Assembly: GCA_012520855.1 (NCBI GenBank)
Contig: JAAYNO010000093.1
Coordinates: 1 to 53,063 of the forward strand
Reading direction: 5' to 3'
DNA: 53,063 nucleotides
Origin: Clostridiaceae bacterium
GTDB taxonomy: Bacteria > Bacillota > Clostridia > DSM-8532
Made by a program: the position numbers and the translations under genes. The notes below the pieces were generated by a model that had not been told where the DNA came from, ran no database searches, and saw nothing but the letters and a program-made list of their open reading frames with translations. Of this stretch, positions 9,239-17,909 are shown piece by piece. How positions within the stretch are numbered: position 1 is the stretch's first letter; each line of letters opens with the position of its first letter.

Positions 9239-9865
9239 ATGAGGCAGCGCAATCTGGAAAAGCAAAAACAAATAGTAGATTTTGTTAATCGTTTTTTGAT
9301 TGAAAAGGGTTTTCCCCCATCAGTGCGTGAAATATGCCAGGCTGTCGGCTTTAAGTCTACATCTACCGTGCATGCTTATCTTAAAAAACTTGAAGAAGAG
9401 GGTAAGATCGTAAAGGATGCAACTAAACCCAGAGCTCTGAAGGTGCTGGATAAATCCGGGAGAAATCTTGAGGGATATGTAGCTGATCAGGAAATCGACA
9501 ATATTCCCGTAGTCGGGAAAATAACCGCCGGTGCACCCATTTTGGCTGTTGAGAATATTGAAGAGACCTTCCCCATTCCTGTCAGATACCTTGAAAATTC
9601 AACTTCCTTTATGCTTAAGGTACGAGGCGACAGTATGATAAACGCAGGCATTATGGACGGTGATTATATACTGGTTAAACAACAAAGCACCGCAAATAAC
9701 GGCGATATAGTTGCAGCGCTTATTGATGACGAAGCTACGGTAAAGACGTTTTATAAAGAGAAGGACCATTACAGGCTTCAACCGGAGAATCCTGATTATG
9801 AGCCTATTATCGTCAAGGACTTAAATATTTTGGGTAAAGTTATAGGGCTTTTCAGAAAATATTAA
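9239..9865 (+). CDS. lexA: LexA repressor
   Basis: N-terminal winged HTH (PSVREICQAVGFKSTSTVHAYLKKLE). Ala-Gly cleavage site (KITAGAPI). S24 peptidase Ser (RGDSM) and Lys (TVKTF). Confidence 0.9.
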   Translation: MRQRNLEKQKQIVDFVNRFLIEKGFPPSVREICQAVGFKSTSTVHAYLKKLEEEGKIVKDATKPRALKVLDKSGRNLEGYVADQEIDNIPVVGKITAGAPILAVENIEETFPIPVRYLENSTSFMLKVRGDSMINAGIMDGDYILVKQQSTANNGDIVAALIDDEATVKTFYKEKDHYRLQPENPDYEPIIVKDLNILGKVIGLFRKY

Positions 9866-9880
9866 TGATACTGACATTTA

Positions 9881-9920
9881 AGGGACACTCATAGCAGAAT
9901 GCTTTGGTGTCCCTATTATT
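9881..9920 (+). terminator. Hairpin after lexA
   Basis: AGGGACAC ...18 nt... GTGTCCCT followed by ATTATT. The U-tail is weak. Confidence 0.4.
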
Positions 9921-9938
9921 ATGCGATAGCAATGCTAT

Positions 9939-10403
9939 TCATTTTCTTATTCTAATAATTTGTCCGTTATTAAGCTTTTGCATGTCCTGGGTTTTTATCT
10001 CCAGAAGAGAGTATGCTGATCCGCCCCCGGTATATATTTTATCCATCTCCATAACCTTTGGATCAATAAGAAATATAGCTTCGTAGCCAAAAGCCGGTAT
10101 TCCCCCGCATTGATATCCTGTTTTCTCTAATATTTCCTCCGGAGTGGCAGTTCTTATTTCATCTGCTGCCAATACTTTTTTCACCCTTGAAGTACTTGCC
10201 CTGTCATCCCCTCTTACTATTGCAACAACCAACCCGCCATCAGGTTTTATCATGCATATACTTTTTATAAGGCATTCAGGTGAAACTTTCGCTGCTGCGG
10301 CTGCTTCTTCCACCGAATGACATGTTTCAGAAAAAACATAGTGCCGTGCTTCAACATCGTTCTTTTCAATATATTGCTTTAGCTTTTCTTCATATTTTCT
10401 CAT
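9939..10403 (-). CDS. YbaK/ProX-type aminoacyl-tRNA deacylase domain protein
   Basis: About 155 aa with a YbaK/EbsC-like layout (KSICMI, VVAIVRGDDR, CGGIPAFGY). Start at MRKYEEK sits behind GGAGGT. Confidence 0.6.
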   Translation of the reverse strand: MRKYEEKLKQYIEKNDVEARHYVFSETCHSVEEAAAAAKVSPECLIKSICMIKPDGGLVVAIVRGDDRASTSRVKKVLAADEIRTATPEEILEKTGYQCGGIPAFGYEAIFLIDPKVMEMDKIYTGGGSAYSLLEIKTQDMQKLNNGQIIRIRK

Positions 10404-10586
10404 AGCAATACCTCCGAACACATTTTAACTTTTATATCCGGGTTTTACAATATAACCATCAGGTGCAGTGCATTTGTTTTAATATCGGCATACATAAAGT
10501 TAAATTTCATGGTAAATCCCAAAAATGAAATTCAACCTGTGTCCTTGTTTTTTACTGAAATATGTTTTATAATAGTCTTTGTTTTC

Positions 10587-10662
10587 CGGGGTGTAGCGCA
10601 GCTGGTAGCGCGCTTGGTTCGGGACCAAGAAGCCGGAGGTTCGAGTCCTCTCACTCCGACCA
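10587..10662 (+). tRNA. tRNA-Pro (anticodon CGG), CCA encoded
   Basis: Hand-folded cloverleaf. Acceptor CGGGGTG/CACTCCG, D arm GCGC-AGCTGGTA-GCGC, anticodon arm CTTGG-TTCGGGA-CCAAG with G37, T arm GGAGG-TTCGAGT-CCTCT, and a 3' ACCA. Confidence 0.9.
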
Positions 10663-10667
10663 ATCAG

Positions 10668-10705
10668 GAAGACCGATTTTTATAAAAAATCTGTCTTCTT
10701 TTTTT
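10668..10705 (+). terminator. Strong intrinsic terminator after tRNA-Pro
   Basis: A 13 bp interrupted stem (GAAGAC-GATTTTT / AAAAATC-GTCTTC) followed by 7 to 8 T. Confidence 0.7.
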
Positions 10706-10754
10706 GTCACTATATGAAAAAGTGTTATAATTAAGTAATTCAGAGGTGTATTAA

Positions 10755-10898
10755 ATGATATACAGACTTCCGGAAATAAGCGATAAAGAATCACTTTATG
10801 ATTATATCCAGGAACATTACGATAATGGAGAAGTCAGAATCAGTGCGAGATTCTTAAGCAGTATACTTATCTTAGGACTAAAAATCAATCCTGCATAG
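10755..10898 (+). pseudogene. 47-codon remnant resembling the N-terminus of a GNAT-type acetyltransferase
   Basis: MIYRLPEISDKESLYDYIQEHYDNGE resembles GNAT N-termini, then the sequence diverges and stops. A good promoter (TTGTCA-16-TATAAT) and RBS are retained. Confidence 0.3.
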
Positions 10899-11026
10899 GC
10901 CATTTTAGCTATGCTGAATGAACCTATGTCCTCATTTAAACTACGATGTATAAGTTTATAATAAAAGGTGCCGGAATGTTTTTTTATTGGCAAATTATAT
11001 CTTCTGTTCTGTGGAAGGGATAATGG

Positions 11027-12082
11027 ATGAAGGATATTTTAAACGCACTAAAAAAAGAAAAAGGCCAATCACTTGTTTTATTCACATTGATGATGGTTGT
11101 TTTTCTGGGACTTTCTGCTCTTGTCATTGACATTGGAATGACAACCGTATCGAAAGCCGAGATTCAAAATGCCGCTGATTCAGCAGCATTAGCCGGAGCT
11201 TTGGAGCTTCCTGACAACCCTTCCCAGGCAATAGTTGTTGCCGAAGAATACATCGAAATGAATGGAAAACCTGGCGATATCGCTGATGTAACCATCGGAG
11301 ACGACAATAAGTCCATAACTGTCACAATAAGCAGGGTAAACTCCATGTTCTTTGCAAAAATTCTTGGAGTGAAAGAAAGCACAGTCACTGCAGATGCTAC
11401 AGCAAGCATAGGGGTTGCCGCGAGTGTTCCCTGGATCGTTCCGTTTGTGATCCCTAAACCGGAATACTTTGACTTTGATAAAGTTTATGTCATGCGCATG
11501 TACGGCAGCGGAGCGTATCTGGATTATCCTGACACAGGTTACCCCAGAAATTATAATTATCCAAGCGACTACCGCAATCATTCTGAATACAAAAATTATC
11601 CCTTGTCAAACCGGTACCCATACCAGTTTGACTACATGAATGTATATATCAAAAAAAATACCAACTTCAGCAACTATATCCATTGGCTTGAATACGGTTA
11701 TCACGAGACTTTTTCGATTAATGACGACATGTACTATTTAGGTCCTTCCAGCGGCGGAAAAGAATCTGTTGACGCTTTTGCCAGAAGGGTCACCCGTGAT
11801 CCGAATACAGACTACAAAAAGGCTAAAGTCGGAGACAGCAGGGTTATGCTTATACCGGTCGTTGAATCGATGCTAAAACGCAATACGAGTACAAAAGGAA
11901 ATGTACCGATCAAAATCGTAGGATTTGTCGGTTTCTTTATAGAAAAAGTACATAAAAACAGTTATGGCGAAAGCTTCTGGTTTGAAGGAAGATTCCTTGA
12001 AAACCTGAATATAGGTTCGGGTGAAGTGACCTTCGACACCGACGCTGACTTTGGTCTGAGAGCTCAAAAACTTGTCCGTTGA
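11027..12082 (+). CDS. TadE/TadG-like (Flp pilus assembly-type) protein, orphan
   Basis: The N-terminus GQSLVLFTLMMVVFLGLSALVIDIGMTTVSKAEIQNAADSAALAGA is the characteristic Tad-like pseudopilin/TadG anchor. The rest is Tyr/Asn/Pro-rich and extracellular. No other tad genes are in the window. Confidence 0.55.
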   Translation: MKDILNALKKEKGQSLVLFTLMMVVFLGLSALVIDIGMTTVSKAEIQNAADSAALAGALELPDNPSQAIVVAEEYIEMNGKPGDIADVTIGDDNKSITVTISRVNSMFFAKILGVKESTVTADATASIGVAASVPWIVPFVIPKPEYFDFDKVYVMRMYGSGAYLDYPDTGYPRNYNYPSDYRNHSEYKNYPLSNRYPYQFDYMNVYIKKNTNFSNYIHWLEYGYHETFSINDDMYYLGPSSGGKESVDAFARRVTRDPNTDYKKAKVGDSRVMLIPVVESMLKRNTSTKGNVPIKIVGFVGFFIEKVHKNSYGESFWFEGRFLENLNIGSGEVTFDTDADFGLRAQKLVR

Positions 12083-12088
12083 TTTTGG

Positions 12089-12412
12089 TTACATAGATTC
12101 ATTAAACTGGCCGTCGTCAAGAAAGTCCTTTGCCTTGTCATACCACGTCTGGATCAGCTTTTTTATGTCATCTTCATGGATAAATAGCTTAAGCCAGGCC
12201 GGCAGATTTTTAAACACGATCCTTACTACAAAATCGAATTTTATCTTACCGTTCTCATCACCAAATGTTCTTTCAGCAAGCAGCATCACCTGATAAGCAA
12301 ACTCCCTGATTCTTGTCCATTGCTTTGTAATTGTCAGGTAGACCAAATATACAACGACAATTGCGGCAGCAGATATGACAGCCCAGTTTTCGGCTAAGAA
12401 TTCCCAAAACAT
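12089..12412 (-). CDS. 107-aa membrane-anchored protein, LL-H-family holin-like
   Basis: Single N-terminal TM helix followed by an amphipathic soluble part (AERTFGDENGKIKFDFVV...DDIKKLIQ). The resemblance is judged from memory of the family pattern only. Confidence 0.35.
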   Translation of the reverse strand: MFWEFLAENWAVISAAAIVVVYLVYLTITKQWTRIREFAYQVMLLAERTFGDENGKIKFDFVVRIVFKNLPAWLKLFIHEDDIKKLIQTWYDKAKDFLDDGQFNESM

Positions 12413-12476
12413 AATAAGAAACTTCCGTTGATCGTTCCTTATTTAACATATGCTGATCATAAATCAATGTTGAATT

Positions 12477-13760
12477 TTATTCCTGGATATTCTTTGTTTC
12501 ACCTGATATATCCTTTTTGTTGACATTAAAAAGAAATACCATTCCTGATGAAAACATAACGCAACCAAAAATAAATAAATACTCCTGGCTCTTTAAAATA
12601 TCCGCTGTCAAGCCATATATTATCGGGCTGGATATACTTGCCGCAAAGGTAAATACATAATAATACCCCGTGTATAGGCCTGTCTGCCCCTTCGGAGCCA
12701 TCTCGGCCACTGCCGGATATGCGTTTGTGGTCATAAGTGACCAGCCCACACCGCTGATACCTAAAAGAACAGGCAAGAAGGTCTTTTCTTCAAGTAAGAA
12801 TATTATGATAAATGTCGCGGCAATTACCACATTTCCTATAAGCATGGACTTCTTTCTGCCTATCCTGCCTCCCACGTAGCCTGCCGGAAATGCGCAGATC
12901 ATAAATATAACAGCCATAGGTGCCAGCATTTGTGTTGCATCGCCGGGAAGCAGCCCGAACTTGTCCTGACAATACAGGGTAAAAAACGCATTAATACATT
13001 CAAACCCGCAGTACCAGAAAAAAACCGTCAATAACATATGTAACAGCGAAGGAGTTTTTGAAATTGCCGACGGATTGCCGTTCTTTCCCCAAAACAATCC
13101 TGTTACAACCTTATCTTTCTCTTCCTCATCCGCCGAATAAGGCTCAGCGGGCTCTTTATGGAAAACCAGCAAGATCGCAAGCGCCGAAATCATTATTGCT
13201 CCGCCCATCAGGAACGGATATTTTGGATTTATATTAAACAGCTTTCCTCCTAAAGAAAAAGCAATAATCGTACCAAGACCGCCCATGGCAGTTATTATAC
13301 CGTTTGCACGGCTTCTTAAAGCCGGAGGAGTCGCATCAGGCATCAAGGCAGTAGCAGGAGCGCGATACACACTCATGGAAAAATTCATGCAGATTACCGA
13401 AATCATAAGAAAAACCAGTCGCAAATCAAATTTGAACAGCGAGCCGACAGTATTATAAAAGGGAATCATCATAAAAAATAAAGCAGCAAGAGGAATTCCT
13501 ATGATAATAAAAGGCATTCTCCTTCCAAGCTTCGTGTTTGTCCTATCGCTCAAACTTCCGAAATATGGCTGGAAAATCAAACCGAATATATTGTCTATTG
13601 TCATTATGGCGCCCAGTACCGCCGAACTTTTTATCAATCCCGGAATCTGCTCGTTACCTATAAAAAATATGGGAACAAATGTGTTATAAAGTGTCCAAGA
13701 CAGGCTTATCGTAAAAAAAGCGAGGCTTATCGCAAATGTTTTAGCTACATTAAGTTTCAT
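12477..13760 (-). CDS. MFS transporter (GPH/SLC45-like sugar or glycoside symporter type)
   Basis: Twelve hydrophobic segments. Loop motif GSLSDRTNTKLGRRMPF between TM2 and TM3. Confidence 0.8.
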   Translation of the reverse strand: MKLNVAKTFAISLAFFTISLSWTLYNTFVPIFFIGNEQIPGLIKSSAVLGAIMTIDNIFGLIFQPYFGSLSDRTNTKLGRRMPFIIIGIPLAALFFMMIPFYNTVGSLFKFDLRLVFLMISVICMNFSMSVYRAPATALMPDATPPALRSRANGIITAMGGLGTIIAFSLGGKLFNINPKYPFLMGGAIMISALAILLVFHKEPAEPYSADEEEKDKVVTGLFWGKNGNPSAISKTPSLLHMLLTVFFWYCGFECINAFFTLYCQDKFGLLPGDATQMLAPMAVIFMICAFPAGYVGGRIGRKKSMLIGNVVIAATFIIIFLLEEKTFLPVLLGISGVGWSLMTTNAYPAVAEMAPKGQTGLYTGYYYVFTFAASISSPIIYGLTADILKSQEYLFIFGCVMFSSGMVFLFNVNKKDISGETKNIQE

Positions 13761-13835
13761 AAATCTCCTTACCGCATGCAGAAATATATAATGTAAACCG
13801 CAATGCTGTTACAAATCAAATATAGACTCAATTAA

Positions 13836-14123
13836 TCAAACGGGAATGATTTCGGTTTCCACATGGGTAAGCTCAACTGTTCCCTGGTTCTCTATAAAGC
13901 TGATGGCAGATGCTATCATTCTGTCCGAATGTGCCGCTTCATTTGAAATGCAAACGATTCCCAGTTCGCTGTTGTTCCATGAATCCAGATTTCCTGTTTC
14001 GGCTACGGCCAGGTTAAACTTGTTATTAAGCTTTTCTATCAAGCTTTTGATGATTCTTCTTTTGTCCTTCAGGGACTGAGGCTCGGATAGATACAGCGAT
14101 GCCTTCAATACTCCGATAAACAT
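13836..14123 (-). CDS. DUF503 (YlxP-like) protein
   Basis: 95 aa beginning MFIGVLKASLYLSEPQSLKDKRRIIKSL, typical of DUF503. Confidence 0.7.
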   Translation of the reverse strand: MFIGVLKASLYLSEPQSLKDKRRIIKSLIEKLNNKFNLAVAETGNLDSWNNSELGIVCISNEAAHSDRMIASAISFIENQGTVELTHVETEIIPV

Positions 14124-14210
14124 GTTCTGTCTCCTTATTATGTCTCTTGAATGATAAAAAAGGGTATATATATATTATATCATTTCAGTCCGAAAGGTAA
14201 TAAAGATTTT

Positions 14211-15092
14211 ATGAGAATTGACTTTAATGTTACTGAGCAATATGACGGAAAAAAAGTTTTACATGTACTAAAAGGGCAAATGAAGCTTTCTTCACGTCTT
14301 ATAAAAAATCTTAAAAAACATGACGGCATACTTTTAAACGGCAGTTCGGCCAGAACCATAGATACGGTCCATACCGGCGATATTGTCAGTGCGGTAATCG
14401 AATATAATGAGGAAATCAATTTTCAGCCCGAAGAATCTGATATATCGATTATTTATGAAGATCAATACTTTTTAGCCGTTAACAAAAAGGCCGGAATTCC
14501 CGTTCATCCATCGGCAGGACATCAAGCAGGCACTCTTGTCCAAATGGTCCTTGCACATCTTATCAAACAGGGATTATCTGTTAAAGCCCGTCCTATAAAC
14601 AGGCTGGATAAGGATACATCAGGGATTGTGCTTTTTGCAAAAAATTCTTACATTCAAGACAGGTTGATCGCCCAAATGAAGAAAAACAGTGTTTTTAAGT
14701 TATATCTGGGTATTGTCCATGGAATCTATGAACCGTCAGAAGGTATTATAAATCTGCCGATAGCACGTAAAATAAACAGTACGATCGAAAGAGTTGTTGA
14801 TACAAATGGTACCCCATCGATAACGAGATATAAAACCCTGGAGGTTCATAAGGATTTGAGTCTGGTTCAATTCACACTTGAAACAGGAAGAACCCACCAA
14901 ATACGTGTCCATTCCAAAGCTATGGGACATCCCTTACTTGGGGATTGGCTCTACTCTGATATCAAGACCGATTTAATAGACAGGCAGGCTCTTCATTCCA
15001 CTCTATTTGCTTTTGACCACCCAATCACATCCGGGCGAATAATCCTTAATGCTCCAATCCCTGAAGATATGCGCAAAGTACTTCGTAATTAG
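14211..15092 (+). CDS. RluA-family 23S rRNA pseudouridine synthase (RluD-like, with N-terminal S4 domain)
   Basis: Catalytic HRLDKDTSG-type motif (INRLDKDTSG) and GRTHQIRVH. Start taken at MRIDFNV. Confidence 0.85.
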   Translation: MRIDFNVTEQYDGKKVLHVLKGQMKLSSRLIKNLKKHDGILLNGSSARTIDTVHTGDIVSAVIEYNEEINFQPEESDISIIYEDQYFLAVNKKAGIPVHPSAGHQAGTLVQMVLAHLIKQGLSVKARPINRLDKDTSGIVLFAKNSYIQDRLIAQMKKNSVFKLYLGIVHGIYEPSEGIINLPIARKINSTIERVVDTNGTPSITRYKTLEVHKDLSLVQFTLETGRTHQIRVHSKAMGHPLLGDWLYSDIKTDLIDRQALHSTLFAFDHPITSGRIILNAPIPEDMRKVLRN

Positions 15093-15117
15093 TACATGGT
15101 ACTAATTACGAAGTACT
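15077..15117. terminator. 19 bp perfect inverted repeat with a 3-nt loop, between convergent genes
   Basis: AGTACTTCGTAATTAGTAC ATG GTACTAATTACGAAGTACT. The left arm encodes the last codons and the stop of the pseudouridine synthase. Confidence 0.5.
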
Positions 15118-15128
15118 CTTGTATTAGC

Positions 15129-16442
15129 TTATGAATCAAATATTTTACGTTTATCGACGACCCGCTTTGCCTTTCCTTCGCTTCGCTGGATACTCTTTGG
15201 CTCCACAAGCCTTATTCTGGTATTTATGCCCAAGGTTGATTCGATTTCGTGTCTTAGCTTGCGTTCAATCGATTCAATGACTTTTACCCTATCCGAAAAT
15301 ATACTTTGATTCATCTCTATATGTATTTCCATGATATCCAGATGACCCACCCGATCAACATATATCATATAATGGGGCTCTACCTCACTGTATTTAAGCA
15401 GAACAGATTCTATTTGTGAAGGGAATACGTTTACACCCCTAATAATAAGCATATCATCCGATCTGCCGGTTACCTTTTGCATTCTTGTGCTGGTTCTTCC
15501 ACAGGCACAGGTTTCATAGGTCAGTATCGACAAATCCCTTGTTCTGTAACGAATAAGAGGTAATGCCTCCTTGGTGATACAGGTGAATACCAGTTCGCCT
15601 CTGGTACCCTCGGGCAAAACTTCTCCGCTTTCAGGATCAATAACTTCAGCTATGAAATGATCAGATATGATATGCAGATCACTTTGACAATGGCAATTCA
15701 TTGAAACGCCCGGTCCCATAATTTCGCTGAGGCCATATATATCATATGCCTTTATCCCCAAACGCTGCTCTATCTGCTTTCTCATCTCCTCCGACCAGGG
15801 TTCGGCACCAAAAATTCCTATCCTCAGTTTTAAATCATCCTTGGTAAGACCTGCCGAAACCATTTCATCGGCAATGTATAAAGCATATGACGGTGTGCAG
15901 CAAAGAACTGTCGCTTCAAAATCCTTAAGAAGCTGTATCTGACGCGCCGTATTGCCTCCCGAAACCGGGATCACTGTAGCTCCCACCATTTCAGCTCCAT
16001 AATGCAAACCCAGTCCTCCTGTAAACAACCCGTAACCATAGGCAACATGAACTACATCATCTTTACCCACTCCGGCGCAGTACAGGCAACGAGCCACACA
16101 TTCTGCCCAGATTTCGATATCATTCTGTGTATACCCGACAACTGTCTGCTTCCCTGTAGTACCTGATGAGGCATGAACTCTTACAACATCCTTAAGAGGA
16201 ACAGCAAATGTCCCGAATGGGTAATTATCCCTCAAATCGGATTTGGTTGTAAACGGTAGCTTTGAAATATCATCTGCCGTGTTTATATCCTCTGGCGTTA
16301 CACCTGCCTTTTTCATCTTTTCAGCGTAATAGGGTACATTCTCATATACTCTCTTTATTGTCGCTTTAAGTCTTTCCCCTTGAATTCTTCTCAGTGTTTC
16401 TCTGTCCATGGTTTCCATTTCAGAATTCCAGTAATATGACAT
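15129..16442 (-). CDS. paaK: Phenylacetate-CoA ligase family protein (PaaK-type adenylate-forming enzyme)
   Basis: N-terminus [26 protein letters not shown] is typical of PaaK. Also SSGTTGKQT (P-loop), DIYGLSE and [22 protein letters not shown]. Confidence 0.85.
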   Translation of the reverse strand: MSYYWNSEMETMDRETLRRIQGERLKATIKRVYENVPYYAEKMKKAGVTPEDINTADDISKLPFTTKSDLRDNYPFGTFAVPLKDVVRVHASSGTTGKQTVVGYTQNDIEIWAECVARCLYCAGVGKDDVVHVAYGYGLFTGGLGLHYGAEMVGATVIPVSGGNTARQIQLLKDFEATVLCCTPSYALYIADEMVSAGLTKDDLKLRIGIFGAEPWSEEMRKQIEQRLGIKAYDIYGLSEIMGPGVSMNCHCQSDLHIISDHFIAEVIDPESGEVLPEGTRGELVFTCITKEALPLIRYRTRDLSILTYETCACGRTSTRMQKVTGRSDDMLIIRGVNVFPSQIESVLLKYSEVEPHYMIYVDRVGHLDIMEIHIEMNQSIFSDRVKVIESIERKLRHEIESTLGINTRIRLVEPKSIQRSEGKAKRVVDKRKIFDS

Positions 16443-16488
16443 GATAAAACCTCCCAAACACATATGATTGTTCTTTATTTACAGAATT

Positions 16489-16792
16489 AAAAAAAGCCCT
16501 TCATCCCTCTTGGGACGAAAGGCTCTTGCTTTCCGCGGTACCACCCATTTTCACTGTATTCTACAGTACACTTTAAAGAATACGGGATAATCAAACTTTT
16601 TTAGCTTATCATCCGATATTCCACCCTATTAACGAAGGGATACCCGCACCGGCCTACAACATAAAAGCTTCAGCCGAAGAGCTCCGGAGCGAACTTCTGA
16701 AACTTTTCCCATAAGGCTGCTTTCAGTCTTGACAACCTCTCCCTGAATGGTTCACAGCTTCATACTTTTCTCCATCACAGCCGTTGAATATT
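16489..16792 (-). promoter_or_regulatory. T-box riboswitch leader (tRNA-sensing attenuator) upstream of paaK
   Basis: Read on the minus strand. Stem I start GUGAUGGAGAAAAGUA (GA/K-turn plus AGUA). AG bulge GGGAGAG. T-box sequence AAUGGGUGGUACCGCGG (plus-strand 16533..16549). Terminator AGCCUUUCGUCCC-AAGA-GGGAUGAAGGGCU followed by 7 U. Confidence 0.8.
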
Positions 16793-16799
16793 AAAATTA

Positions 16800-16828
16800 A
16801 TTATAGCATTGTTGTAAGTCACCGTCAA
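16800..16828 (-). promoter_or_regulatory. Sigma-A type promoter for the T-box/paaK transcript
   Basis: Minus strand reads TTGACG, a 17 nt spacer, then TATAAT, just upstream of Stem I. Confidence 0.55.
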
Positions 16829-17231
16829 CAACATCATAACAAACGAACTACATTTTCATTGGCTCCGCAAAACCTATTACCCGGAAATATTAGTCTATTA
16901 TAATAAATTAAAGCTTGGCGTGCATATATATTATATTGTTGATCCAAAATAAAAAATTGTGTTAAGAAAATATATGATTCTATGATATACTATTATTATG
17001 TTTTTGGGATACTGTGATTAATTGAGTTATTAAACTGTAAAGAATAACTGATGTTCGTTTCTTAGCAGCATCCCATCTGCCGTATTAAATTTGGTACAAT
17101 CTTAATGTTTGTTTACTTAAAATAATCTGCAGAAAATTTTATTTATCACGTAATTATCAGAATAAAATTTGCGTTGTTTTTTTATAGCGCAATAAAAAAT
17201 AATTTTTATAAAATAATAAGAATAGGAAGTG

Positions 17232-17909
17232 ATGACAATAGACTCGTTATTTTTTACTATTGTAAACAGGGGAAAAGCTAATGCAGTATTACATAAAGCA
17301 CAGGAATGCGGTGCCGAAAGCGGAACAATTCTATTAGGTGAAGGTACCGTAGAATCTAAGTTTTGGGAAAAAATAGGGCTGGCTGAGATCCATAAAGAAA
17401 TCCTTGTTGTACCAGCATCAGACGAGCTTTCTGACAAATTGCACGATACTATCAGCGAGACCTTTACGTTTTCAAAAAGCAATCACGGAGTTGCTTTCAC
17501 AATACCGTTCAAGCGTTGGCAATTACAAGCATCAGAGAAGGAAGAAATAAATAATACATCAGCAAATGCCAATGCCTCTCATTTTTGTATCGTAACTATT
17601 GTTGATAAGGGCAGAAGCAAGGATTGCATAAAATCAGCAAGAGCGGCAGGTGCAAAAGGCGGGACATTGATCCATGGCCGCGGAGCCGGTATCCCGACAG
17701 ATTTCTATTACCCGTTGGTCATAGAGCCCCAGAAGGATATCATAATAATCATCACGTCGAGAGAAAAAGTTTCTGCTATTAAAGAAAGGATATTTAGCGA
17801 TTTGGAACTTGGAAAAGCCGGAAACGGTATAATCTTTACGCTTCCGATCAGCAGAGCCAGCGGCCTCGTTGAACAAAGAACTGAAGAAAATAAAGGAGGT
17901 ACAGCATGA
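17232..17909 (+). CDS. Tandem PII-like (GlnB-fold) domain protein
   Basis: Two ~100-aa repeats each start with a beta-strand plus a basic helix (FFTIVNRGKANAVLHKAQECGAESGTIL and CIVTIVDKGRSKDCIKSARAAGAKGGTLI). Its stop overlaps the next start (ATGA). Confidence 0.6.
   Translation: MTIDSLFFTIVNRGKANAVLHKAQECGAESGTILLGEGTVESKFWEKIGLAEIHKEILVVPASDELSDKLHDTISETFTFSKSNHGVAFTIPFKRWQLQASEKEEINNTSANANASHFCIVTIVDKGRSKDCIKSARAAGAKGGTLIHGRGAGIPTDFYYPLVIEPQKDIIIIITSREKVSAIKERIFSDLELGKAGNGIIFTLPISRASGLVEQRTEENKGGTA

Noticed and set aside
10663-12470. Prophage or integrative element at tRNA-Pro
   Set aside because: No integrase, no direct repeat of the tRNA 3' end and no structural phage genes are present. 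Only a holin-like ORF and orphan genes were found, so this is reported as a possible remnant and not called a mobile element.
16861-17228. Possible riboswitch or sRNA in the 370-nt region upstream of the PII-like/DUF1538 genes
   Set aside because: The region is mostly AT-rich. The one nested hairpin (GGGATACTG...CAGCATCCC around AGTTATT/AATAACT, about 17006..17073) matches no riboswitch class I can recognise, so the evidence is insufficient without covariation data.
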